Below, piece by piece: positions 10,570 to 21,008 of a DNA stretch of 46,302 nucleotides. The notes below the pieces were generated by a model. That model ran no database searches and was not told where the DNA came from. It saw nothing but the letters and a program-made list of their open reading frames with translations. This DNA is from Saprolegnia diclina VS20 (Eukaryota), in contig NW_008246088.1 in assembly GCF_000281045.1 (NCBI RefSeq), positions 617,328-663,629 of the forward strand, in the 5' to 3' direction. Positions within the stretch are counted from its first letter, which is position 1. Each line of letters starts with the position of its first letter. The translations under genes were made by a program, and so were the position numbers.

Positions 10570-11532
10570 GGCTTCGTTCGGTTCGCGGCAATTATTTTTT
10601 AATCGATTATCGAAATCGCCATTATTAATGATTGCGTAAATGAGAATTGGGTTTGCAGGTCCATTATCGACCAAATCTCGTTCGGTTCGCCAAGAGCAAT
10701 TATTCCACGCTCATCAAGGACTCGGTCCTTGGTGAAAGCCAGGTCAAACGACTGGCGGCAGGCGTGCCAGCCATCGATCGTCCAAGTACTGGGTCCACGG
10801 GGTGGAGGCAACGCAGTCACGCGTGACCACGGTTGCATTGCACTAGCTCTTGCGCTCGGAGTCATGCCATATCGGTGTGTGCGATCGTCCAGAGACTAGC
10901 CCTCGTCGTCGACTTAAGCGTGCTGAAAGCGCTCCCGCCCATCGGCGTGCGTCTTGTTGGTCATGATGTAGAGAGCCATGAGCAACACTTATGTCCTGCG
11001 CCAACCTTGCGACCACTAGATACAGTAGACGAAGACCTCACTCCTCCACGCGCGCAATAAGATCGAGATCGCTGCATGGGCCCTGCCCGCAACCTGCGCC
11101 CAGCGCACCTCGCTACAAGCCTCGAGTAGCTCGCAGTAGACGTGGTCTCTGTCTGGATGGATGAAGGACATGAGATGGGTTCATGGAGGAGCGCAACGAG
11201 TACATGCCGCCATGGCCGCTGCGCTTCGTGACGACCTTGCTTGCATGACGACAAATGAAGAATGAGTCGAATGGAAGAAACGCGTGGCTGTCAGAGACTA
11301 CCTTTTTTCAGGCCTAATCAGCGAGGCTTTGTTTCGGATAATCCTAAAACCAAGCAATAATGAACCAGAAATTCCTCAGACCCCAATTTTTGAATAACGG
11401 CGTTATGAGCGCTTATTCCAAAAATCCTACCGAACGCTATCAATTATCACGATAATCGATTATTCCAAAAATAATCGTGGATGGGGTCTATAATGGCGAA
11501 ATAAGTCCATTATTGGCCAACCGAACGAAGCC
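10570..11532. mobile_element. PIF/Harbinger-superfamily (Tourist-like) non-autonomous DNA transposon, 963 bp
   Basis: Perfect 14-bp TIRs: GGCTTCGTTCGGTT (10570-10583) and AACCGAACGAAGCC (11519-11532), flanked by TAA on both sides (10567-10569, 11533-11535). AT-rich subterminal regions share AATCGATTAT motifs. No intact ORF inside. Confidence 0.8.
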
Positions 11533-11597
11533 TAAATTTTTGTCAGTGGACCAGCCTCCAACCCCAACCAACCGCTACAGCTTGTCGTACGAGCAAG

Positions 11598-11697
11598 NNN
11601 NNNNNNNNNNNNNNNNNNNNNNNNNNNNNNNNNNNNNNNNNNNNNNNNNNNNNNNNNNNNNNNNNNNNNNNNNNNNNNNNNNNNNNNNNNNNNNNNN
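11598..11697. other. Assembly gap (100 N) flanked by an identical 34-bp duplication
   Basis: CCAACCAACCGCTACAGCTTGTCGTACGAGCAAG at both 11564-11597 and 11698-11731. Confidence 0.95.
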
Positions 11698-12103
11698 CCA
11701 ACCAACCGCTACAGCTTGTCGTACGAGCAAGATTCGGCCAGACTCTGGCGTTCTGTGCACGCCACATCCGACCCAACGCTAGCTGAATTTGCGCTGCACT
11801 CGAGCTCGTATGCTGGAGAAGTTACGAGAGCTGTACGAAGGGAGCTACTTGTCGTAGCGTTTCCATGTAGATGGGTGGAAAAATTTGTCCTTGAGAGTGC
11901 TATCGAGGCCTCTGAGCACGACGACGCGGTGCCGTTTCCGTCGACCAGTTCGCAAGGTACTGTAGTTGGCAGCTAGGTCGGTCGACTCAATCAAAGTTGG
12001 ACGATGTTGCCAGGACAACGGTTCGATGCGACGGCGTCTTGATGCCACCAACAACGTTATAACACGAAAACTGAGAGATTTTGATAAGTTATTTGGCCAG
12101 CAT

Positions 12104-14287
12104 CTAGGGCGAGGACCGCGCCGCCGCGACAACTTGGTCGACGATCGACAGGTATTTTCGCGACGTGTACGTGCTCAAGTGGTTGCCCGCGGTCATTGTC
12201 GGGTGCCCGTCTGCGTCCACGAGTGTCAGAAGATCGCCAGTCGAGTAGTTTTCTGCATAGTCGAGCAGCGTCGCGTTGGCGACCGCCACTGCTGCGTGGA
12301 GCGGGTCCAAGAGCCACGCCATCTCTTTTTGGAACGCCGCTCGGCTCACGGGCGCGGGCGGCTTGACGCTGCTGCCACTGAGCCACGTGTTGGGGACCAT
12401 CCGCGGGAACTCGGGGCTCTGGTCGACGACAAACACCTTGATACCGAGCGCCGACACTTTGGCGAGCTCGGCGCCAAACGCATCAAAGATGTGCTGCACG
12501 TCCTTCATGGTTTGCTCGGCGCACGCGGTGAACTCTTCCAAGCAGCACTGCGGCGGGTCTGCATACGGTCGATCGAGCGGTCCCCCGGGGTTGAGGAACT
12601 GCACCCAGTGCACGACGACAAGGACGGCTTGCGGCTTGACGTGCTTGAGCATCTCGAGGTTCGCAGCAAACTCGGGCCGGCACGGCAGCATCGCGCGGCC
12701 CCACCGGTCTTTCAAGACGATGGTCGGAAACGGCGTCTTGGCCGCCACCGCGTCATCGTAGAGCTTCATGAACCGGGGCACGGTCATGTCTGCGTGCGAG
12801 TCGCCGAGTACGACGAGCGTGCCGTCGGCTTCGTGCCCCGGGTTGATGACCTCGCAGCGCTCCAATTGGTCGGTGCGGACCGGGTCCGTGAACGGAAAGG
12901 GCACCGGGTTCGTGGCCGCCGAAATGTAAACCGAGTCGGGTGCGCACGCTGACGTTCCGACGCTCCAGTCGAGGTCGGCCATGGCCATGTTGACTCTGGA
13001 CACATCGTCTGCGCCTGATGACTTGGCGAGGTCGCGTTCGATCTCAGAAAACGCCGACGGGTTCTTGTAGGCGCAGCCCGCGAGGATCGCGACCGCCAGC
13101 ATGCATACGAGCAAAAGCGGCGTCACGTACTTGGACTTGCGTCGCCGGAGCCGCCCTTCAAGGTCTTCGTACGTCATGACACTCAGCAGCAAACTGAGGA
13201 GCAGCATCGCATACGGTTGCATGTAGAACGGGCGATCCGCTTCGTCTGGGAAGCGCTCGATGGCGAAGACGAGCAGCGGCCAGTGCCAGAGGTAGAGGCA
13301 GTAGCTGATCTTGCCAATGTAGACGGCGACGACGTTGCCCAAGGCGTACTTGTTGACGACAGCGTCGGCGCCGGCGGCGAGCAGGAGCGTCGCGCCAAGC
13401 GTCGGGAGGAGGGCGAGGTAGCCTGGAAACGCGCTCGCTTCGTTGATGCAGACAAAGCCAGGGACGAGGAAGCTGAGACCTAGAACGGCCGCGAGGTTCG
13501 TGGGCCAGACGCCCGAGAGCACGCGCCCGTGCAGGCCGAGATAGGCGAGGAGACCGCCCGCCGACATTTGCCAGAACCGACTCAGCGGCATGTAGAACGA
13601 CATCTTGTTGTCGCCGTGGAACCCGAGGAGGGTGATGTTGACAACAAAACTCGCGACCAGAAAGAGGACTTGGAGCGTCACCGCAACGCGGAAGCGAAGG
13701 CGCATGAGGAGCGAGGCGAGGAGCGGCCAGAAGATGTAAAACTGCTCTTCGACGCCGAGCGACCAGAGATGCAGGAGCGGGTTGGACTTGACGTCGAGGC
13801 TAAAGTACGAGTGCTTGAGCGTGAGCACTTGGAGGTTGGCGCCAAAGAGCGTCGCAGCAAGCATCGTGGCCGCCATCGCCTTGAGCTTGGGCGCCATGAG
13901 GTAGAGGAACCCGAGCCAGAACGTCGCGACCAAGACGAGAAGGAGCGTCGGGAAGATGCGCCGGATGCGCCGCGCGTAAAAGCCCGCGTAGGTAAACTTG
14001 CCGAGTTGGCACTCGCGGAAGAGGATGCCCGAGATGAGGAAACCGGAAATGACAAAGAAGATGTCGACGCCAATAAAGCCACCGGGAAGCAGCGTTGGGT
14101 ACGCGTGGAAGACGAGGACGGGAACGACAGCCAGCGTTCGGAGACCGTCGACGTCGGGCCGGTACGTGTGCGTCGTCGTCGTCTTTGCCACGGCGTTATC
14201 GTTGGGAGGTGTTTCGAGCTCGAGCAGGACGCCATCGTCCATGGGCGACGTGTGTGGCGACTCGACGAGCACGGGCGTGCTGCTCAT
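12104..14287 (-). CDS. OafA/OatA-like O-acyltransferase: acyltransferase-3 membrane domain fused to an SGNH domain
   Basis: AT3 motifs YRPDVDGLRTLAV...FHA, GGFIGVDIFFVISGFLI, FYARRIRRIFP, LLHLWSLGVEEQFY, IGKISYCLYLWHWP; SGNH block I VVLGDSHA and C-terminal GNHLS; 727 aa, intronless. Confidence 0.9.
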   Translation of the reverse strand: MSSTPVLVESPHTSPMDDGVLLELETPPNDNAVAKTTTTHTYRPDVDGLRTLAVVPVLVFHAYPTLLPGGFIGVDIFFVISGFLISGILFRECQLGKFTYAGFYARRIRRIFPTLLLVLVATFWLGFLYLMAPKLKAMAATMLAATLFGANLQVLTLKHSYFSLDVKSNPLLHLWSLGVEEQFYIFWPLLASLLMRLRFRVAVTLQVLFLVASFVVNITLLGFHGDNKMSFYMPLSRFWQMSAGGLLAYLGLHGRVLSGVWPTNLAAVLGLSFLVPGFVCINEASAFPGYLALLPTLGATLLLAAGADAVVNKYALGNVVAVYIGKISYCLYLWHWPLLVFAIERFPDEADRPFYMQPYAMLLLSLLLSVMTYEDLEGRLRRRKSKYVTPLLLVCMLAVAILAGCAYKNPSAFSEIERDLAKSSGADDVSRVNMAMADLDWSVGTSACAPDSVYISAATNPVPFPFTDPVRTDQLERCEVINPGHEADGTLVVLGDSHADMTVPRFMKLYDDAVAAKTPFPTIVLKDRWGRAMLPCRPEFAANLEMLKHVKPQAVLVVVHWVQFLNPGGPLDRPYADPPQCCLEEFTACAEQTMKDVQHIFDAFGAELAKVSALGIKVFVVDQSPEFPRMVPNTWLSGSSVKPPAPVSRAAFQKEMAWLLDPLHAAVAVANATLLDYAENYSTGDLLTLVDADGHPTMTAGNHLSTYTSRKYLSIVDQVVAAARSSP

Positions 14288-15870
14288 GGCTCAAAATACA
14301 AAGTGCAAACGGTCATGTGTCGCAGCACGCGCTGGGTGCAAGGACACCGTGTTGGTAGCAGCTTGAACCAGGTCAACAAACGCGTCGTTCTTGCTGTTTG
14401 ACAGAGGTGTTTGACAGAGTTGACGTGCACCACAGAAAGAACATGGGGCCATCTGTTCCGGCTGTCCATTTTGTACATTATGGCACCCAGATAACGTGTC
14501 CACTTTGCGTAGTGGGTCTCGAGCTCTGTGTTTGGGAAGAGCTCGCAGAATCGGTCTCATCATGCACGAAGCCGCGTGCCGCAGACTTTCTGCCAGAGAC
14601 CAGAAGGTGCGCGCTTCGCAGAGTGGGACGAAATCTCGTACTGCACCCGATGGCGTTGCACCCCAAATGTCGGTAGCACCCGGTCGCCCAGTCCTAATCC
14701 CCTCTTGAATGGACGTACACTAATACATTCGGAAACGCGTGGGTTTCCACGTGCACACTATTCTTGGCATAGTGAGGAAGGTGTCCACGAATGCCGAATG
14801 GAAGGGGCTTCGATTCCCACCGGACGCGGTTTTTTGGTGCAAACAAATTTTTGTTGCCATTGCAACCTCGTCATTTGCGTCGGTCGTTGCGTACTACACT
14901 GTACTGGTGTACACTGCTGCGACCTGCTCCAAGCGCTTTCGTACCAAGCCCACAGCTATTCTACTTCATCGTCGAGGCATTTCCTAGCACCATAACGCAC
15001 CAACTCAACCAACAACCCAAGCTCTCGAGAGCGTTCCGCCTCTCAGCACAAGTGAGCCTCTCGGATATGTAGGTCCATTATCGCAGTCGTTTGCTTGCTT
15101 TTGCCTGACGAACGAGTTGAGAGGCCATTAAATACTAGAGTCTCTTAGTTCGTTTGCCCAGCACCTACGCCACGGAGCTTCGCCAAGTGATGTTCAAGCA
15201 GGAATGGCCATCCACGTCTTGAAAGCTACACGATGGGATTGTCACTTTCGGGAGCATCAGTACGAGAGCGAATCTTTGACGCTGGTGGTGTTGCTCGATT
15301 TCTAGGTACAACTTGTACCAACTCCAAGCGCTGCAGCTGGGTGCGACGCGGGCGTTGGGAAGGACGATCGGCGAGGCGTATCCGGATACGAAGGTGTTGG
15401 CTCCATGAACGCGCGCTTTTTATTTGCAAATCTATAGAGCGCAAGATTATGCAAACGACTGAGCTTCGTCCACCCAACTTGTGGCGCCACTTCCGTCCCC
15501 ATCTTGGCCACCGTCCGCTGCGTGCCATCAAAAAAAGAGGGTGCAACCATGCATATTAAGCGACGCACGTTGCGACAGGTGCTATCGATAGCATTGCGCT
15601 GTGGAAATCGCTTTGGCTAGAAGCGTCGTCGAGAGCATTGAAGCTTGGACGAACAACAGATGAAGCGATCCTGTGCGCATACGGCAGCTGGGTGCGACTT
15701 GAACTACGTAAAATGGATCCATTCCGTCCTCGATTTGATTGGCAAAGAAGGACTTTTCCCAAGCTTTGCCGCGCGTGGAAAATCTTGGGTGATGGTAGCC
15801 GACGCGCAACGACTTTGCTGGTCCCAGCGCTCACTTTTCCTTTTCCTCGGTCCTACCGCACCACAGTCCA

Positions 15871-16785
15871 ATGGCACGCATCTTGCTCACGCTCTTGTCG
15901 GCCACGTCGGTGGCCGCGACCGCCAATTTGCGCCAGCAGCAGTTCAAGGTCTGCAAGGGCGACACCGATTGCAACGACGGCTTTTACTGCAAGCCGACCG
16001 ACGACGGAACGTTTGCCATGTGCCAACCCGGTACCCGGTCGCCAGCACGCAACTTTGTGTGCGCCGACCACGCCGACTACTGGGGCGACGACCTCTCCAA
16101 CCTCCGCACCGGCTACGACGGCTGCCTCTACAATTGCCGCACCAACGCTAACTGCAATGCACTTGCGTGGCTTCAAGACGATGCCGGCGCCAGCGGCACG
16201 TGCTACCTCAAGCACCTCCAAGACACGTCGCGCGCTCCGACGCCCGACTCTCGCAACCTCAAGGCCTGCAAGGACACACCGCCCGTGACAACGTCCAAGT
16301 GGGTCTCGGACTCGGGCTACCAGCTCAAGGGCGCCGAAATTTCGACCTCCAAGACCGTCCCGACGCTCGCAGCGTGCCAGGCGTCGTGTGCGAGCACGCC
16401 AGGTTGCGCCGGTGTGTCGCACTCGACGTACTTCACCTCGTGCACGCTGCACAAGGCGGCCGACAACTACTACCCGGTGTGGAGCAAGGCCGTGAACCTC
16501 GGGGCTGTCGCTTCGATCCCGCACAACTACAAGGCGTGCTACGACCAGTACGACGTGCCGCACCAAGGCGACGTCAACAACTTCCAGGGGTCGTTCCAGG
16601 ACTGCGCCAAGTGCCTGGCGAATGGCAACGCCGATGCGTTTGCGTGGTACCTTGGCCCGACCGACTACTATGCGCAGCCGACCAACGCGAAAGGTACGTG
16701 CTACTGCAAGAAGCTCGGCGGCGACGTGCCCCCGCCCCCACCGGCGCCCCGTCTCATTGGCGGCACCATTCTCTGCATCACCTAG
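15871..16785 (+). CDS. Secreted PAN/Apple-domain protein, copy 2 (inverted paralog of 9208-10122)
   Basis: Signal peptide; same length (304 aa); shared blocks NLRQQQFK, CKP.DDGTF.MCQPG, NYYPVWSKAV, GDVNNFQGSFQDCAKC, GGTI.C. Confidence 0.8.
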   Translation: MARILLTLLSATSVAATANLRQQQFKVCKGDTDCNDGFYCKPTDDGTFAMCQPGTRSPARNFVCADHADYWGDDLSNLRTGYDGCLYNCRTNANCNALAWLQDDAGASGTCYLKHLQDTSRAPTPDSRNLKACKDTPPVTTSKWVSDSGYQLKGAEISTSKTVPTLAACQASCASTPGCAGVSHSTYFTSCTLHKAADNYYPVWSKAVNLGAVASIPHNYKACYDQYDVPHQGDVNNFQGSFQDCAKCLANGNADAFAWYLGPTDYYAQPTNAKGTCYCKKLGGDVPPPPPAPRLIGGTILCIT

Positions 16786-17030
16786 TCGACTCGTGGCGGG
16801 CATTAACTTTAATGCCTATGCGATGCAAACGTATATATCGTTTCCTCAAATGTGGTGTTTGGATTCGTTCATTTTAAAGTATGTTTTTGGTTTTAACGCT
16901 ACGACGAAGTTGGTACGCTGCTGCAAACGACTCTGATTTTCACGCCGCCAGTATCTACACACAAGACAGCACTCGCAAAGACGGGTAAATAATGATAAAT
17001 AGGTCCACGCACACACATACGACTAGGGCG

Positions 17031-17549
17031 CTAGCGTATGAGGCGGTGCACCTGATGCCGCACAAACGTCACAAAGTCGACTTCGGGCTCGATGCCCTGG
17101 AGACTCTGGTAGACACAGAGCATTCCGCCGGTCAAGAGGATCGTCGCGAGCGTCGTCACGCAGTTTTCGAGCGCATTCTTGCAAATGCGGATGCTGTAGT
17201 GCAAGGCGCGGTGGTGCCACGGCAAGGCCACGGGTGCCGGCGTGGGCGCGCTGGCCACATACGCCCTTCGAAAGGACTGCGTGCGGATCAAGGATGACTG
17301 CCGCTGAACAAATGTCGGCGAGGCCACAGCGCTAAGCACGTCGGCTGGCAAGTCAAACACCTCGGACGTGGTGACTTCGTGAATGATGATGGGCGATGTC
17401 CGCGAGAGGAGCGCCGCGGTCTCGTGCGTCGCCTTGCGCCACGGGCGGAGATAGTGGACGATGCGCGAGACGAGCGACACGATCGCGACGAAGAGGCTCA
17501 AGTTGCGCAGGTAGATGATGATGATCTGCGCTCCGTGGATACGAGCCAT
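17031..17549 (-). CDS. Hypothetical small membrane protein (two hydrophobic segments)
   Basis: ATG at 17549; TM-like stretches IIIIYLRNLSLFVAIVSLV and CVTTLATILLTGGMLCVY; coding-like composition; no family recognised. Confidence 0.45.
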   Translation of the reverse strand: MARIHGAQIIIIYLRNLSLFVAIVSLVSRIVHYLRPWRKATHETAALLSRTSPIIIHEVTTSEVFDLPADVLSAVASPTFVQRQSSLIRTQSFRRAYVASAPTPAPVALPWHHRALHYSIRICKNALENCVTTLATILLTGGMLCVYQSLQGIEPEVDFVTFVRHQVHRLIR

Positions 17550-18763
17550 GCTCCCGACCTCGTGGCAAGTTGTCGAGTGTCCTGGCGGCCCGATGCACCG
17601 GCTTCCATTTTTCAAGCGATTTCATTGGCGGAACGCAGCTGTTCCACGAGTGCGGCACCACGATTGGTCCTTTCGAGATTCTATAAAGCTAGCCAATCCC
17701 AGAGCGAAATGAATGGAAACCGGCGCCGATTGGCCACAAAGGGATCCTCGAGTAGCTCTCGGAGAAGGGGCGGCTTCGGAATGATTCTCGTGCTCGACGG
17801 CCCATGATGGTCAACGTCGCCAACTCTCCTGCTCGACCGCAAGCATCATCCGCTATAGACAATATCGCCGTCGTATCCTGTCCTATCCATTGGATAATCC
17901 AGCGACACAATCCCTTCAAACCAGGATCAAGGCTACAGAGCGCAAGAGCCGCTAGCTACTTACTGCGGCCGCAGAAAAACGGGCGCGATCTCGTACGTCA
18001 TTCGATGAAAAGATACTACGTCGGACTATTGGCTACTCGCCGCTGCGAAATGGCGGGTCAAGCAGCCGCCACACGACAGATCTATCACCCGCCGTTCCTG
18101 TGATACAACGCGCTCATGTCGGAAGGGGTCATGCACATGCATCTCCAAGCCATATTAATGACTCTTGGGTGCGCTCGTGAGGCGATACTGTGGGAGGGCC
18201 TCGACGTAGATCGTGCGAGGAATTAGCATGGCGCAAAGCACTGTGCGTCGTGGCAACGGCAGTACTAGTACCTTTGTATAAAAAAGCGTCGACAGCGTTA
18301 ATGTGAGGGTCCGAGACCTTGACCTTGAGCAAATCGGCCATCCACGCCCAGTGCAAGGCCCGGTCATTCTGTCCGCGCCAAAATGTGTGCCAGACTCGGC
18401 GCGCACGATCGACCAGAGGACCATAAGAAACGGTTTTGAGAACGGCGCCATGAGCGTCGTCGAAGAATCTGGCGAGCGTCCAAGGGAGCCAAGACAGCCA
18501 AGTGAACTAAGAACAAGATGTCTTATTTTCTTGAAGGGGGCCGCCGGTACAACCGAATCAGTCAGTCTCGAGCATCGGTTCCAACGGTTGCCATCGCGCT
18601 GACAGTCTCGTACTCGCCGAGTACTAGTACACAAGACGATCCTGTTGGTCAAATCGTCGTCGAATCGAGGATATCTTTTCCATAATCATTACCGATCCCG
18701 CGTCGACAACCTTTTTGACGGTGGCGCGAAACCGCAGCAACCGAATTCGGCGGGAACGACCCG

Positions 18764-18797
18764 GCGTATCCGGATACGCGTCACAGTTCAATTTGCC
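18764..18797 (+). promoter_or_regulatory. 16-bp palindrome GCGTATCCGGATACGC followed by an Inr/FPR-like element TCACAGTTCAATTTGCC upstream of the VOC gene
   Basis: Palindrome at 18764-18779. CAGTTCAA(T/G)TTGCC recurs at the same position before the ATG at 45151 and resembles the oomycete Inr/FPR (CAWTTT) core promoter. Confidence 0.5.
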
Positions 18798-18810
18798 TTT
18801 CAAATCAACA

Positions 18811-19212
18811 ATGCCCAGCGCGCTCGGACTTGTCTCGGTGGTCGTCCGCGACTACGACGAAGCGATCGAGTTTTACACGAAGAAGGCCGGCTTCTACTTG
18901 GTCTGCGACGAGCGCCAGTCGGACACGAAGCGCTGGGTCGTCGTCAACCCAACGAGCGCGACAGCGACGGCCGGCGGTCTCCTCCTCGCGCAGGCCGCTG
19001 GCGACGCGCAGCTTGCGGCGATTGGCAACCAGAGCGGCGGCCGCGTCTGGCTCTTCCTCAACACGACCGACTTTCACGAGACGTATGAGCGCATGAAGGC
19101 CAACGGCGTCGTCTTCTGCGAAGAGCCGCGCCACGAACTCTACGGCTGGGTCGTTGTCTGGCAGGACCTGTACGGCAACAAGTGGGACCTTCTCGAGAAG
19201 AAGAACAACTAA
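18811..19212 (+). CDS. VOC / glyoxalase / bleomycin-resistance family protein, bacterial-like
   Basis: VSVVVRDYDEAIEFYT...KRWVVV.P...LLLAQA...IGNQSGGRVWLFL.T.DF...YERMKA.GV.F.EEPR.E.YG.VVVWQDLYGNKWDLLE; 133 aa, intronless. Confidence 0.9.
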   Translation: MPSALGLVSVVVRDYDEAIEFYTKKAGFYLVCDERQSDTKRWVVVNPTSATATAGGLLLAQAAGDAQLAAIGNQSGGRVWLFLNTTDFHETYERMKANGVVFCEEPRHELYGWVVVWQDLYGNKWDLLEKKNN

Positions 19213-19279
19213 GACAATCGCGCCATCAAGCCACAGCATACTCGAATATAGATGTTCATGCAATCGAAAATCTGAGAAC

Positions 19280-20831
19280 TTAGCGGTGGCGCGACCGCTT
19301 GCTACTGTGGAGTGTTGGCTGCTCGAGTGGCGCGTCCTCGTCATCGTCGCCCGGCCCCACGTAGTCGTCGTCGTCACCCGACTCGACCCCGAGGAGCCGT
19401 CGCTCGCGGACGTTGGGGTTGGAGACTGTGTTGGTCGCGACCAAGACCCGCTCGTAAGCGGAAGGGCGCAGGTGCGCTTGCAAAGCGTGGCGCTGCCGCA
19501 TCGCTCGTGGCAAGCTGCGGCACGACTCGACGCCCAAGTGAGTCAAGCCACGGCACATACGCTCAATCGTCGTCACGGTCGTCTCGGAAATGTTGGTGTT
19601 CTACGCCAGCCTCAATGCGTGGAAGAAGGAGACACGGACCTTGAGATCGATGGCCCGCAAGGTGGGCCGAGGACCGGCGGCAATGAAGTCTCGGATTCCC
19701 TCGTCCGAAAGGTCCCGACAGTTCTACCCTGTCACATTTAACAACTTGTATATATAAACGTCGTACTTGCAGCGAGAGGACACCGAGAACCGGGCACTCC
19801 AAGTACCGCAAAAAGTCATCGCGAATACGAAGGCCGTCCAAGACAAGACCTTCGAGGCAGCTCAGCGTGAGTGGCGAGCGCTAGAGCAGACACGATCGAG
19901 TTCCAGTACATGAGTGTTGAGAGCTCACGAGATTGATGTTCAGGCCCACGATTGCGCGTGAGTGTGAGAGGTCGAGCCATACGAGCTGGTGGCCAAAGGC
20001 CGTAAGAAAGGCAGCCACGTCGGGTGCTGCAACGGCCCCGCATTGACTAGTGACGCATTCTTATGTATACTTGATACGACAATGACAATACTTGAAGATG
20101 AGTCGTTCCATCTTGGTGCATCCTTGGACGAGCGTGGTCAACATGCTGGATGAGATTGCCGGTCCAGCTACGAGATGTGTGCAATCGTATTGGGAAGGAT
20201 CGCTAAGATGGACCTGTGATGGTGAGGCTCTTCAGCTCGGGGCACTTGCGGAGAAAGTTGGCGAGCGTCGCTGACTTGAGTGGCGTCGCCGTGTGCATCT
20301 GCAGCACGGCGAGCGCGACTGGTTCGGGCAGTTTTGGCAGCACCAAGCTGCGGCATTCCAGCAGTTCAAGCGTCTAGCATACGCCATGAGCGCTTGTCAT
20401 AACAAGGAAGTTGTACGTGGAGCTGCCGGCAATGCATGAGGATGGCCAAGACCGCTTTCGTGGACGTAGTGCGAAGGCGCAGCTCGCAGAGGCGGTCGAG
20501 GTGCCGGCCAATGTCCATCTGCCACTGCTGCTCATGGGGAATGGTCGCCTCCAGCGTCATTTGCAGCACCGTTGTACCGCGCCACCTACGCCGTTTGAGT
20601 CATGGTCAACCTCTTGCAGCCTGCAGCCCACCGCTCGAGAAGCGCTGCGTACTGCGCCGCCGAGAGTGGCCGGAGCACATCCATGTCGAGCACGGTCGCC
20701 GGCAGCCACATCGGGTCGGTGAGCAGGCGGCGCCAGCGCTTGCAGACGAGCTGCCACCGGACAAGGTCCGGCAGCGGGTGCACCATCGCGAGCACGAGCT
20801 TCTCGAGCTCCTCGCTCAACACGGGTCGCAT
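19280..20831 (-). CDS. F-box/LRR protein (multi-exon)
   Basis: N-terminal F-box (LSEELEKLVLAMV..LPDLVRWQLVCKRWRRL); spliced LRR-like segments FLRKCPELKSLTITG, LVQGCTKMERLIF, LVWLDLSHS, LSLQ/NCRDLSDEGI, IERMCRGLTHLGVESCRSL, separated by short GT-AG introns. Confidence 0.75.
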
Positions 20832-21008
20832 GAAGTTCCAAGCTATGCGGTGATTGGCCATTATTAAATCTATCTTGCCTGAGATTGGCCAATCCCGACT
20901 AAAAGATCTTTCATTGACGCAGATCTATGAAAAAGAGAAAACAATATTATGACACTACACGTAAGATGACAACTTGTCATGTAACTACGATCTCGTGGAC
21001 TTGGACAT

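Noticed and set aside
10599..11254. Short ORFs inside the Harbinger element as transposase or Myb genes
   Set aside because: Interrupted by stops and no DDE or Myb motif can be read with confidence.
11564..11731. 34-bp direct repeat pair as a possible CRISPR repeat
   Set aside because: Only two copies, separated by Ns; eukaryotic context with no cas genes; explained by contig overlap.
14400..15550. Short ORFs in long intergenic stretches (also 17700-18700, 32100-32950, 35300-36450)
   Set aside because: No codon bias, motifs or splice-consistent frames recognised; decayed transposons or ncRNAs cannot be excluded without searches.
15582..15809. DPFYVV peptide suggesting an ornithine decarboxylase remnant
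   Set aside because: No other ODC motif (e.g. YAVKCN) in any frame; the region is the promoter of PAN copy 2.
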